This document shows, one piece after another, positions 63,540 through 64,000 of a stretch of DNA of 64,000 bases. The translations under genes were made by a program, and so were the position numbers. The number at the start of each line of letters is the position of its first letter. Within the stretch, counting starts at the first letter, position 1. This DNA comes from Podarcis liolepis (Eukaryota): NCBI GenBank assembly GCA_965112155.1, contig OZ218103.1. The stretch is one strand, 5' to 3'. The notes below the pieces were generated by a model, which saw only the letters and a program-made list of their open reading frames with translations, did no database searches and was not told the origin of the DNA.

Positions 63540-64000
63540 GTGAGATTCTTGTTTCATATTGTCAAAGCTCATAAAAATAACACGAATTGAATAAAGGGTA
63601 TGACATTCTTCATGCTGTTCTTTAAAACCATTGTTCTTAAATACTATTGGCATTGCCAGGACCCTAGAGTTGCAAGACAGCCAAGAGTTGTCTTGTCAAA
63701 TCTCCTTGTTGTAAGGCAGGACATCTTGCCCACCAGCCTGCCACAGATTAGTGCAGTGTTTCCCAACCTTTTTTGGGCAAAGGCACACTTGTTTCATGAA
63801 AAAAATCTCGAGGCACACCACCATGCCAGATGGGGAAAGGTCACTTTTTACTTATGTAAAAAAAAAATAGAAAAATAGTAACAGCATAGAAGGTAATGGT
63901 TAGGCTAGCATCCCTCTTCCAAATATGCTAGGTTTTTATTTGCAGGGACTGTTCTACATGGGAAAGCATTCAGCACTGTCATTCTCCCATCTGCCATCTG

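Noticed and set aside
1-64000. CRISPR arrays, operons or other prokaryotic systems
   Set aside because: The sequence is intron-containing vertebrate DNA and no regularly spaced repeat-spacer array was seen.

Overview
Vertebrate genomic DNA, almost certainly a squamate reptile and probably a lacertid lizard (inferred from the Sauria-type and Squam-like SINEs). It shows the conserved gene order NFIA(+) - TM2D1(-) - PATJ/INADL(+). The window contains: (1) the last exon of NFIA, which codes in two frames, and its ~7.5 kb 3'UTR (1706-~9215); (2) ~33 kb of repeat-rich intergenic DNA; (3) the complete six-exon CDS of TM2D1 on the minus strand (206 aa), whose intron 1 is a minor-spliceosome (U12) AT-AC intron and which has a further intron just after the stop codon; (4) a compact head-to-head CpG-island region; (5) the first four coding exons of PATJ (L27 domain and start of PDZ1). 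The most notable non-genic signal is a 163-bp Penelope-like insertion (14658-14820) with an 11-bp TSD. It folds into a perfect 43-bp hairpin whose 30-nt loop is a minimal hammerhead-ribozyme core on the minus strand. A CpG-rich LTR/DIRS-like unit lies at 19126-19858. Almost all ORFs in the supplied track are spurious or TE-derived. Gene and repeat identities come from recalled homology, not database searches.
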